NCBI GenBank assembly: GCA_020891255.1
Contig: BQFW01000008.1
Span: 2,294,001 to 2,358,000 of the forward strand
Source of the DNA: Entomortierella parvispora E1425
Lineage: Eukaryota > Fungi > Mortierellomycota
DNA: 64,000 bases
Direction: 5' to 3'
The translations under genes were made by a program, and so were the position numbers. Positions 46,783 to 57,863 of the stretch are shown piece after piece. Below the pieces are notes generated by a model. It was not told where the DNA came from. It worked only from the letters and a program-made list of their open reading frames with translations, and ran no database searches. How positions within the stretch are numbered: the first letter of the stretch is position 1; the number at the start of each line of letters is the position of its first letter.

Positions 46783-47765
46783 ATTTTCTGTGTTTTTGAA
46801 TTTCATTTATTTCTCTGATCAAGATAACTGCGTGCTTGCAGCAAATACTTCTTAGGGAAGGAGCCTATACATTCTTGCTGAAGATGGAATGACTCAATTG
46901 AAGTCCAGTTGTTATCAGAAGCTGTTTCCAGCTTTGTCACTCACTAGCTTGAGAACAAATCGAGAGGTGCTTCGTTCGAGCAGCAATTGACATCCTTTGC
47001 ACTTTTGGGTCGGCTCCCTTTACGCTTTACCTCACTTAGGCAAAGACCAATTGAATATCCTGGCCCACAGATACAAGGTATATCCGCTCGATTTGGAGGT
47101 GGTGAAGACGATAGTGGCGATGACAATGAAAACAGTACGGCGACCTTTTCTGCGCTCGATCGAAGACTTCTCGTAGACTGTGGGACGGAGTCAGTTTTCA
47201 GTGAACTGCTTGGAAGTTTTGGCATCTTCACCGTGGACCGTGGCCCATTTTTTCTTTTGGGTTGAGCGGTAGTGGTGAATATTTCGAGGAAGGGGAAGGG
47301 GACGACAAGCACTCATCACCAACGTTGCTAACCTGAGGGTATGAACGAGCAGTCTTCACAGTTTTTTCCTTGGGGACAGCAGAAGAAGTCACTAGCTCAG
47401 GCAAATCCGTCGAGATGTCGCCTTTACCTCTCAGGTACCATGCGTATGCAATATAGTATCCATATGGATGCTATAGAAGTGCAGGGCTGGAAGAGAGACG
47501 CGTTTTTTTTTTCTGGTCTGAGTGGGAAAGTGTCGTTGGGCCGTGTGGCTGTAGATTTTCTGTGTTTTTGAAAAGACCGAGTCGGGAGAATAGAAGGAGA
47601 TGACCTGCTCTGGGGAAGCGCTCGAACAAAAGAATCAAATCCAGTGTTGAGATCGTGATGGGATCGAAAAAGGTCAAGACTAAAACAGCACAAACCTAGA
47701 CAGCTCAACGGAGAATAGAAAAAAAAGAAAAAAGAATTGTTCATGTGTGTGAGAGATGTACCACC

Positions 47766-47796
<31 letters not shown>

Positions 47797-47980
47797 GTCG
47801 TGTTGGATGGACAGGATGGACAAAGATCAATCCGGATGAGCTTCGCCAAGGCAAAGTTGGGGAAGTTAAGGTAAGTAATCGGGCGACAGTGAGCCCACAT
47901 CGGACGACAAATAACAGAATCGGACGACAAGCAATTCAATGAGACGACAAAAAGACATTTCCCTGCCCCCCTCGATCATC

Positions 47981-48960
47981 CCGCACCGAACCAAATACCC
48001 AGCGTCAACGCCCAAGTCCGAGCCCAATCGCGCAGGAACCAATGAAGAGACTGCATACCTGCGGGACAAAAAGAGTCTCCATTCCGGGCGGTGTCAACGG
48101 CCAGGTCAGTGGGTCAGTGTCACGGTCAGACAAGGCAGAATCACAGAATGCAGGGAGGTACCCTGGCCGTTTCGGTTTTTTCAACGGCAAGGGGACAGAC
48201 CTCCTGCATGATGCAGCTTAGCGAGCACATTCTGAGAAGGATTGCCCATTCCCACACACAACTCCACCACTCCATCCATGAGTGCCTCTAAAGACACAGC
48301 TAGCCCCTCGCACTACGTTGAGGACGACGGCCTCTACATTGAGGACGATCAGCATAGAACAGGTGCTGCCACTGACGCACTCGACATGGACGACGAGGAG
48401 CTAGACAGGGAGCTGAACGAACTGAATATTGACACCGTACTTCCCGCACCGAACCAAACACCGGGCGTCAACGCCCAAGCCCAAGCCCAATCGCGCAGGA
48501 GCCAATGAAGAGATTGCATACCTGCGGGATAAAAAGAATCTCCATTCCGGGCGGTGTCAACGGCTAGGTCAGTGGGTCAGTGTCACGGTCAGACAAGGCA
48601 GAATCGCATAATGCAGGGAGGTACCCTGGCCGTTTCGGTTTTTTCAACGGCAAGGGGACAAACCTCCTGCATGATGCAGCTTAGCGAGCACATTCTGAGA
48701 AGAATTGCCCATTCCCTCACGCAACTCCACCACTCCATCCATGAGCGCCTCTAAAGACACAGCTAGCCCCTCGCACTACGTTGAGGGCGACGGCCTTTGC
48801 ATTGAGGACGATCATTGCAGAACATGTGCTGCCATTGACGCACTCAATGGAGCTAGGACACCGTAACTGTACTTCCCGCACCGAGCCAAACACCCACGAA
48901 CCAGCAGGCTGGTGACAACGTCACATCGCGTCAACGCCCGAGCCCAATCGCGCAGGAGCC
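47981..48960 (+). repeat. ~463-bp tandem repeat, two full units plus a partial third, inside the arm (mirror at ~44778-45757)
   Basis: CCGCACCGA(A/G)CCAAA restarts at 47981, 48444 and 48876. Near-identical ORF pairs are offset by 463 bp. Confidence 0.85.
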
Positions 48961-49484
48961 AATGGTGTCCTAGCGCCCAATCACGCAGGATCGCCACAGT
49001 ACATGTATGTAGCACCTTTGTTTCTCTCTCTGCCCCAGCCCAATCGGGCAGGGTTCACAAAAATCCTTTCCTGGGTTCTTATATTTTGTGCAACCTAATA
49101 CTCTTCTGAATTTGGTCTTCTTGGTCCATGGTGCTCGACGTTTTGTCACACCATGAATTGCATTCAAAGATCCATTTTCTCTCTGCAGCGGAGATGCAGA
49201 GTTGGCGCCCATCTTTTTTTTTTCTCATTGTCTGCATTCCCACGACCCTTTCGGCAACCGGATAGCGCATAACCATCTCTTCGTTCCTTCCCCATAAACG
49301 AGGTATTTCCTATTTGTTTCTCTCGTAAGTTCAAATCTGGCCTCCCTTCTCCTGTATATAAAGAGGTCGCGTATACCCACCATCTTGCACCCAAACACAT
49401 CTGATCCTCCCTCTCAACACTCCAGACCTGCAACGGCACTCCGAGTCCTTACCCACGCCTCTCCTCAACTCTCAAGAATCCAAT

Positions 49485-49706
49485 ATGAAGCTCTCCATTA
49501 TCATGATTGTGTGCGCTCAGATGGCCGCGGCGATGGCCTGCAAGTGCTGGCAAGGAGCCAACATCGACTTCGGAGCTAGCAGAAACTGCTGTGCCAACTC
49601 GGGTGGAAACTGGACTGGGGACGATTGCGCGTTTGCCGGTACTCACGGCAACCTTGGCACCTTCAACAACTGTTGCGGATCCAGCGACACGGTGACTGAT
49701 TGTTAA
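49485..49706 (+). CDS. Small secreted cysteine-rich protein, right copy (protein identical to the left copy)
   Basis: Identical 73-aa translation. TATATAAA at 49355-49362. Confidence 0.8.
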   Translation: MKLSIIMIVCAQMAAAMACKCWQGANIDFGASRNCCANSGGNWTGDDCAFAGTHGNLGTFNNCCGSSDTVTDC

Positions 49707-50021
49707 GCTAAGAGGATCGCGTCCAATGACCCTTTTTGCCACCACACATGCCCCTTAGTCGCGGTGGTAACAGGCCGACCAAACACATAAGATAACTCCA
49801 ATTGCGTTGCCAAGACAATATCAATTGATTCACTTCATCAACAGCTTGGACCCCAGTCCCTTCTTGAACACTCCACGCACCTCCCATTAATAATAGTAGC
49901 AATTGTTGTTGTTTTATTAAACGGGAGTTTTGATGAAGAGATTCATGTGCATTTGGTATTTGTCCGCGGTCTTCTCCCTTTCCCTTTCATTGACAGCTTT
50001 TTTTCAGTTTTTATTTTTATT

Positions 50022-50702
50022 CAGCCTCGACAACTGGGCCACTTTTTCGAAAAAAGTGACCATCCTTCGTTGCACAGAAACGGTGGCTTCACTCAATTTT
50101 TTGGTGGCCACCACTTGGTCGCCACTCAAAATAAAGGAGTGGTGCAAAGGTGTCAACAAACCTGCAGCTCCACTCTTTTTCACTCTTTTTCACTCTTTTT
50201 CACTCTTTTTCACTCTTTTTGAGTGATTCCTGCAGGAAAATGGTGATTTGTCCCAAAAAGGATCGCATCCACCAAAAAAAAAAGTGGTCGCCAGTAGTCC
50301 CACCAAAAAAAAGTGGACCTCACTTGGGAAAGGAGTGGTCGGAACATTTTGTGCGACCCAAAAGCAGAGACAAAAAGCGCGTGTGCGGTGCGGTCCAGCG
50401 TCTCTCCTCTCGAGCAGCATGCGCATGCCCATACCATGGGCCACACTAGCTTCAAGCGTGCCGTGGTCTATCTGTTCACGCCTGTTTGTCCACGGATGTT
50501 TAATTGCTTGTCTGCCCTTTTTTTTTTTTTTGTTTCCCGTCTTTTTCCAATCCTGGCCCAAGTCGACATTCTCTCCCAGTGAAATCGTATCATGGACGCG
50601 CAAGAGCAAGCCCTCCCTCCTCAACAACCCGAGGCTGATCCTGAACTCGTTCCCCAACCTCCACAAAACTTATGGCACCCACTGGTAGCGGGACTTGAAG
50701 AC
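50022..50702. repeat. Left TIR (681 bp) with 5 x CACTCTTTTT at 50171-50220
   Basis: Mirror of 54721-55401 (coordinate sum 105423). The match ends at GACTTGAAGAC. Confidence 0.93.
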
Positions 50703-51041
50703 CACTTTCAATTGCCAATTGGTGAGCTCCCTCCAGTTCAAGCATGCATCGCTGCAAACAGGCTTGCCCTCGCCGCAGTTCCTATCAGAGTTGCTAGGAA
50801 TCAATCGATTGACAACAATTTTTTTGCATTGGAGGACAGGGCCACTGGAGACACTGGTCCTCGCTTCTCTAAATGTCAAGTTCAGAACTGTCCTTACAGA
50901 ATTCGCTCTGATTTTGGCTTGAACATTCGACTGCGTCACATCAGGAACACCCACAGAGATTTGATCGATGCAGTTGTTGCCTTCCGAATCGCTCAAGGTG
51001 ACCCAGCTTTGGATCAAACACATCTCTTACCTGATCAATAA
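50592..51041 (+). CDS. 149-aa ORF with a BED-like zinc finger, starting inside the TIR
   Basis: CQVQNC-x15-HIRNTH, a C2H2/BED-like arrangement. Confidence 0.55.
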   Translation: MDAQEQALPPQQPEADPELVPQPPQNLWHPLVAGLEDHFQLPIGELPPVQACIAANRLALAAVPIRVARNQSIDNNFFALEDRATGDTGPRFSKCQVQNCPYRIRSDFGLNIRLRHIRNTHRDLIDAVVAFRIAQGDPALDQTHLLPDQ

Positions 51042-51303
51042 ACCATGTGAAGCCCTTCACATTTTTTCCTCGATGTTTTTGTGGCCATGGTGTGCATGCA
51101 TGCCCCAGACCAAGAAAAATCGCCCAAGCTTATCGCAAGCACTGTGAACCTTCCCGTTTCCTCCATGCTGTGGGAACTCTTGACTTCTTCCAATGCTCTT
51201 GTCTTGAATTTTCCTTTCCTCTTCCTCTTTCCTTTTTTTTCCTCCTTATTTTCTACCTTTTTCTTTTCTCTATAACATCTATAGTACTACCATTTCTCTC
51301 ACG

Positions 51304-54300
51304 ATGGACTACGACCCATATAGTCATCATTTCAACGATGATGATGATGCTGTCCAGACAGTACAGACCGATCCTCCTCCTCCTCATCCTCCTCCTCACC
51401 CTCCTTCCAACATCGAAACTGAGGCTACCCAAGAGCCACAGACTGGTCCACGTCTCCGTCCTTATCCTCCTTCCAGCATCGATACTGAAGATGTCCAAGA
51501 GCCACAGACTGGTCCTCGTCCTCGTCCTCATCCTCCTTCCAACATCGATAATGAGACCATCCAAGCACCCCGGACTCATCCTCCTCCTCGCCTTCATCCT
51601 CATCCTCATCCTCGTCCTCCTTCCCACACCGATAATGAGGCTGTTCAAGCACCACAGACTCGTCCTCATCCCTATCTACCTTCCCACCATCAATATAACC
51701 CACTAGTTCCATCCCAACCTCGAGGTCCTCAGTACCCATACTCCCAACCTCATGAGCTTCACCATGCATACCATATCCCTGGACAGTATCAATTTCCTCA
51801 ATATCACTCTCAAGACCCAAATCAACCTGTCTACCACCCACCAGGCCACTTCCATCCATATTCAGATGTACCATACAGTCCTTACCCAGGGATGCATCAC
51901 ACCGAATCACACCATACTATGCAGTATTCTACTCTTCCCATTCATCCACAGTATCGCCCTCCTCCCGGAATGCCCTATGAGCACTACAGAGTACCTCCAA
52001 CTATTCCAAAGAAACGTCCTGCGGATCAAATCCGTGGTCCAACTCCAGGTGCACCGAGGGCAATTGCAGATATACACCTTGGGGCTTCGTCCCGAGCCGT
52101 ATCACCAACTGCCCGAGAGGCTGAAGTTGAGACAACTCCAATGGAACTTTGGAATGCTCGACAAAGGAATCTGAGTAGAACTTCATCGGTGGCGTCCATT
52201 TCACGAGAGCCATCAATGATGTCCGAAGTGGAAATGTACACTCAGGAACAAACGGGCGATAGTACATCGTCACCTGTACTCCTTCGGTCAACCCCAGCCC
52301 TTTCCGAACCTCCACCAAATGGCGGAGGTATATCCATGACTATAGCAGACTACGAGAAAACACTGAAAGTGGGCCAGCTCCCACCATATAGTGTGTGCAA
52401 GGAGGCCAAGTCTATGCTCGCACATATACCCATAAGGCAGATCGATCTTACGATTCCAGGGGCATGGCACCGTCATTTCTTTGAGAAGGTGTCAACAACA
52501 AATCCTGCCACAATCAACCAGGTTGATCTCCAGCCCACCATCAACGCCCCAACCGTTGATCCATACACAGGGAAAAAAGTTTCCTTATGTCTCTGACATT
52601 CCAAAGGCATGGTTCTTTTGCCGAGTCAAGACTAGTGAGAACCGCAGATGTCACTACCATAAGCCAGGATCTCAAGGTACAGGCATGCGTACGGCACATG
52701 TTACAAGGAACCATCCAGAAATACTCTCAGCATTGACAACATTCCGAAAAAATCAAGGATTCGAAGGTAATCTATCTCAATGAATTACTCATAGGTGTAC
52801 ACTATCACATTTTTAACCTATCAAACGTCAATTCATGTAGATGTGGAAGCAGGAAACGCGGAAGGGTATTCAGTATTCTATGACCAGACAATGCCAAAGT
52901 CCTCGCAGCTGACCAAGATATTGCCGAGTACTCAAGAAGCTATACAGCTATTCACTACTCACAGCGCGATTCAACAGAGACTCCCGTTCTCAGTGGTTAC
53001 TGGCCCGTATGCCTCGGGCGTCGCTAGAATTCTCGGATTTTCATACCCGTCGCCTTCTCCTCAAACCGTCGGAAAGTGTGTATTCAAGCTTTACGGAAAT
53101 GCTCGCGCACGACTGGACAAAATATTTGCTGCAGGAGTCGTTCGAGGCTGCTTTACCTACGACGGTTGGAAGAGATTTGGCCGGAAATTCATCGGGATCA
53201 CGTTCCATTACATCGAGAAAAAGACCTACAAACCCAAATCTCTGGCGATTGGTTTTGAGGAATACTTTGGTTCTGGGACGGCTGTTGACATCCAGGATAT
53301 AGTAGGTAAGTGTGGATGGTAGCTCTGCTTGCCGTCGTCTTTGGCCCTGGCTGCAGCTTGATCTAATACAAATCACAACTTCTAGAGCGAACCCTTTTAT
53401 TTTTGGGGGCTAAAAGGCAAGGCCTTTTGCAGTACTACCGACTCCGCCAATGTCATGAAAGCAACAACTCGACTTTTTAATCAACGATGACGAAACTTTT
53501 GGTCCGTGGTTTCCCTGTGCCTGTCATAAACTTCAACTGTTTATCCGCAACATCATCGAAGCAACGGGTGATATAAAGACTATTGTCCGCAAGGCTGAAG
53601 AACACAACAAGGCGTTCCTATCAAGCGGAGGATCAACTCTCCTATGCAAAGCGCGATCCGACTTAAAACAAAAGGAACTAAAGGCTCTCACATTCACTGT
53701 TACGCGATGGAACAGCAGATTCATGATGATAGAGCGCCTTCTGGAGCTACGTGAAGCAACAGACCTGGTCAAGGCGCGAGCGCAGATGCCTACTGCCACG
53801 CAAATGGAGAAGACATTTTGGCGAGAATATGGTAGTCAGCTTCTGAGTAACGAAGAGTTCGATGTTCTCAAGGAGCTTCTTACTGTCCTGCGACCCACCG
53901 CAGAATTGACAGTAGCAATGTCCTCCAACGACCCTGTCATCACAGGCTTATACCCCAAGATCCGCAAGGTCCTGAGTTCCGACCCTCTGTTGACGATTCC
54001 TATTGTGGAGCGGTTCCAAGAAAAGTTTGTAAGGCAGCTCGCAGGCCTCTTCTCCACAGCTGATATGGCCGATGAAGTCCTCATTGCCACATACCTCCAC
54101 CCTACCAATATTAAGAATGATGGATTTTTCACTGGATTGGAAGGAGAAAGACTGAAACAGCTTGCAGAGGACCTTATTCTTGCAACGGCTGATCCTGAAA
54201 GTCCACTGCGCACAGGAATCGACTTTGGGGATAAGTCTACTGAGGATCTCACCACGCTCCTGTCGATGGAGCTGCAGAGTTATATCGAACTTGCCCAATC

Positions 54301-54598
54301 GGAACCGTTGAAAGATTACAACAAACCTCATGAGTGGTGGGCAGTGCATGGAGGCATGTTCAAGTACCTGTCCCAGTTTGTTGTCATCTTCTTTAGTATA
54401 CAAGCCTCCTCAGCGGCAAGTGAAAGGCTCTTTAGCGTCTCTGGATGCGTTCTTACAGCAAAAAGAACGCGTCTTGGTATCCTCAAGCTTAAGGCATTGG
54501 TTTTGCTGGCTACCTGGGACACCGGCTACAAGATAAAACTGGACGATTACTATAATGATGGCGATGACGATATCGACATATTCCAAAAATTTGGATAG
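51304..54598 (+). pseudogene. hAT transposase with a long Pro/His-rich N-terminus, probably two introns and two apparent +1 frameshifts
   Basis: BED-like WFFC..C..H..H, FTYDGW, TTDSANVM, FPCACHKLQL, TRWNS, and C-terminal dimerisation motif WW..FKYL..SIQASSAASERLFS. Frame changes occur at homopolymers near 52575 and 53475. Confidence 0.85.
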
Positions 54599-54720
54599 CA
54601 ACATTGGGTGAGAGCTCTCAAGATATAAGACTTAGCTGAGTAAACATTAGGAGAAAAATGACGAGAAGTCCTTCCTTAACATTAGTTGAATATGTACTGC
54701 ACAGCGATGCATAAAAAATA

Positions 54721-55401
54721 GTCTTCAAGTCCCGCTACCAGTGGGTGCCATAAGTTTTGTGGAGGTTGGGGAACGAGTTCAGGATCAGCCTCGGGTTGTT
54801 GAGGAGGGAGGGCTTGCTCTTGCGCGTCCATGATACGATTTCACTGGGAGAGAATGTCGACTTGGGCCAGGATTGGAAAAAGACGGGAAACAAAAAAAAA
54901 AAAAAGGGCAGACAAGCAATTAAACATCCGTGGACAAACAGGCGTGAACAGATAGACCACGGCACGCTTGAAGCTAGTGTGGCCCATGGTATGGGCATGC
55001 GCATGCTGCTCGAGAGGAGAGACGCTGGACCGCACCGCACACGCGCTTTTTGTCTCTGCTTTTGGGTCGCACAAAATGTTCCGACCACTCCTTTCCCAAG
55101 TGAGGTCCACTTTTTTTTGGTGGGACTACTGGCGACCACTTTTTTTTTTGGTGGATGCGATCCTTTTTGGGACAAATCACCATTTTCCTGCAGGAATCAC
55201 TCAAAAAGAGTGAAAAAGAGTGAAAAAGAGTGAAAAAGAGTGAAAAAGAGTGGAGCTGCAGGTTTGTTGACACCTTTGCACCACTCCTTTATTTTGAGTG
55301 GCGACCAAGTGGTGGCCACCAAAAAATTGAGTGAAGCCACCGTTTCTGTGCAACGAAGGATGGTCACTTTTTTCGAAAAAGTGGCCCAGTTGTCGAGGCT
55401 G
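54721..55401. repeat. Right TIR (681 bp)
   Basis: Reverse complement of 50022-50702. Mirrored ORF translations are identical. Confidence 0.93.
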
Positions 55402-55600
55402 ATTTTTATTTTTATTTTTTTTACAACATTTTATTTGCTGTGTCGAGCCAAAGGAAGTGAAGTATGGGACCAAACTATCTACAACCTGAGGGAAAGCCGC
55501 GTGGTTTGGACGAACAGTGACCCCGGATCCCCGCGCAACAAATACCACGACTCGTCGCCGTGTAATAAAGAAGAATAAAATGTTACAAAAAATGGATCTT
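55402..55600. repeat. Outer end of the right arm of the large inverted repeat (beyond the hAT insertion)
   Basis: Reverse complement of 43525-43720. Confidence 0.9.
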
Positions 55601-55999
55601 TGTTCACGCTTCAAGTTTCAGCCATGGGTCTAAGCCCGACCTGTTTTTCATCCCACATAGTATTTAAAACACGTCAATTTTGAAAAACAAAAACAAGCCA
55701 GTTACAGTAAAGCGCCTAGCAAATACAGCTTCCAGAGACGGTGCCGTGAGGTCGAGGGTTCGATCTCAGCTCGGTGCGCCCTCGTTTGCGCTAGCCTCTC
55801 GAGTTAGAGGCGGTAGTTTGTATCACTACCTACAGCACTTGCTGATATTTATCCCATGTGGATTAGTTACCAGGAGGCACTGTGTCAAAGTGCTAAGTAT
55901 ACAGGGTGGTCCAGCCCACTGAAAACAGTTGTCGGTCATATGCAGGATCATGTTCTATGTGAAGCGGTCGGGCACTAACAGTCGGACAATAAACAAGAA

Positions 56000-56263
56000 A
56001 TTTTCCGAGGATACACCGAGGCCCTCTCCGAGGCCGTCCAGCAAGCAAGCAAGGTGTTCCAGGCGGTGGAAGGCGGTTACTGCGAGGAGGTCTCGATCTT
56101 ATTAGCAGGCGACGAGTCTGCCAACTGGTCGCATAGGGACGTGGTAGTACGAGCGGACGGGAGACTCGATTCAACAGACCGCGCCATAGGTACTACTCTG
56201 GTTGCTGGTGTGGAAGGGGATGTTATGACAAAACATGACCCTCGTGTGGCTCGGGTACTGTAG
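56000..56263 (+). pseudogene. Possible orphan coding exon or gene fragment
   Basis: Open, coding-like frame FRGYTEALSEAVQQASKVF..VARVL* with no clear start or recognised domain. Confidence 0.25.
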
Positions 56264-56412
56264 AAAGATCAAAGTTGCAATAAAAAAAAAATACTGCTAC
56301 CCATAAGCCATCCTTGTTGCGCGTCTTCGAGGATAGGGTGTTCATGCAGAGTGGACAAGAGGATAAGGTTTCTAAATGGTCTTATAAGTATTTATGATGT
56401 ACATGTATGGCT

Positions 56413-57863
56413 CTACAGGCATTCGATCCACTTAGTGCTAATGGATTTTGTGGAGGCGGCACCGTTTGCGCTATAAACAGCAATCAAACGTTCAGTGGCA
56501 AGCAAGTCAATCGCCTTCAAATCCTCCTGTGATGTGGCGGTGGCATCTTTCGAGGGTGCCGATTTCAACAAACGAGAAGTGCACTAAGAAGATCATAAGA
56601 GATGTAAGTACAGTGAGCTAAAGGGAGGGGTGGTAGAAGTGACAAAAGGTAACTTTTCCAATGAGGTAATTTCCTTACCAATTTGATCCCATAGAGACCA
56701 CGGACATGGTCTTTGCACAGTTCAATGACACGGCAGAACTGCTTCAACGCCAATTGATAGTTTTCTTGTGTGTAAAGGATCTCGGCGTACTTAAGATGGA
56801 AAATGTGGTTCTGAGATTGGAGCATGAGGACCTCTTCCATGCAGAATGCTGCTTGTCCATACCTAAGAGTATACCACATGAACAGCGAAATGAGAATGCA
56901 AGCCCAAAAGAATAGTTGACAATACCTCCACATGTCCCGATATTTTTCATATGATTTCTCCGGAAAGCTTACATCAATTCTTCAAGGTACAGGTCGGCCA
57001 ATTGCAACCAGCCCTCAAAATCCGTGTAGTTGATATCCAGGTACTTGACCAGAGCAGAGATGGCATCTGTTGGCAATCCCATAGCCCTCAACAACATGAC
57101 CTGACGCTTGGCAGCAAGCTATATATAAGGAATGGTGAAAGTAGAGGGAAATAGAGAAAATTGTTCAATATCGCGTTCATGCTTCTCTCCTTTTGGACGA
57201 GCCTGATCCATATTTTCACGATCCTCTCCTTACGACGTTGGTCTCGTCCTCTTCAAGAATTGCTTTGTAGATTGCCGCTGCCTCTGTCAACTTTCCGACA
57301 GCTTCAAATTTCATGCCATTCAAGCGATTCACACGCGCTGATCCTGGGAACTTTGCTTCAAGGGCTTGAATGCATTTCTAGATGTAGGAGCAAAGGGCAG
57401 TGAGTAAAAGCTGGCGCAAGATATACAAACTCTGTCGTAAAGCTAGTCGGTCGATAAGAGCATTAAACTATTGAAATGAGTATGTAGGAGATTTTTGTTA
57501 TCTTACATGGGCCAAAACATCATCGCCCACGTCCAACGCGGCAATGGCAACTTGCTCATATACGAGCCAGGCTAGCAGTGATAGAGCAAAAGAAAATAGG
57601 ATCGAGGGGTCAGTAAAGTCGTTTTATAGGAATATCGCCATTAGAATATTCCCTTTGTGCTTCGAAAGTTAGTTGGGCTGAAGACGTATATTGAAGCTAG
57701 GGTGAAGTGGAGGTGAGATGATGGTGTCCTGTAAGTTACCATCAGCATCAAGTTTCATAACCGCGCCAGAGTCGATGAGTGGCTTTCCAAGACGGACGAC
57801 GACGTCGGGTTTGCGCTCGGCTGAGGCGCGCAGGTCCTGGAGTAATTTGGCGGCGTTGACCAT
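56413..57863 (-). CDS. EMC2: ER membrane protein complex subunit 2 (TPR protein), multi-exon
   Basis: MVNAAKLLQDLRASAERKPDVVVRLG, YEQVAIAALD, FCMEEVLMLQ..HLKYAEILYT, ALKQFCRVIELC..VRGLYGIKL|CTSRL. Stop at 56413. Confidence 0.85.

Larger units (their letters stand above)
47861..50021. repeat. Right arm of the large inverted repeat, inner part (interrupted at 50022 by a hAT element)
   Basis: Mirror of 43710-45877, with only a few SNPs and 1-bp indels seen. Confidence 0.95.
50022..55401 (+). mobile_element. hAT-superfamily DNA transposon, 5380 bp, with 681-bp TIRs
   Basis: Ends are CAGCCTCGACAACTGGGCCAC and its reverse complement. Flanking ATTTTTATT duplication. Internal transposase carries hAT motifs. 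Confidence 0.9.

Noticed and set aside
50150-50688. Multiple 80-160 aa ORFs mirrored in both hAT TIRs
   Set aside because: Low-complexity TIR sequence; the duplication reflects TIR symmetry, not coding selection.
55700-55790. Third tRNA gene suggested by GGTTCGATC
   Set aside because: No A-box, anticodon stem or acceptor stem pairing could be built.
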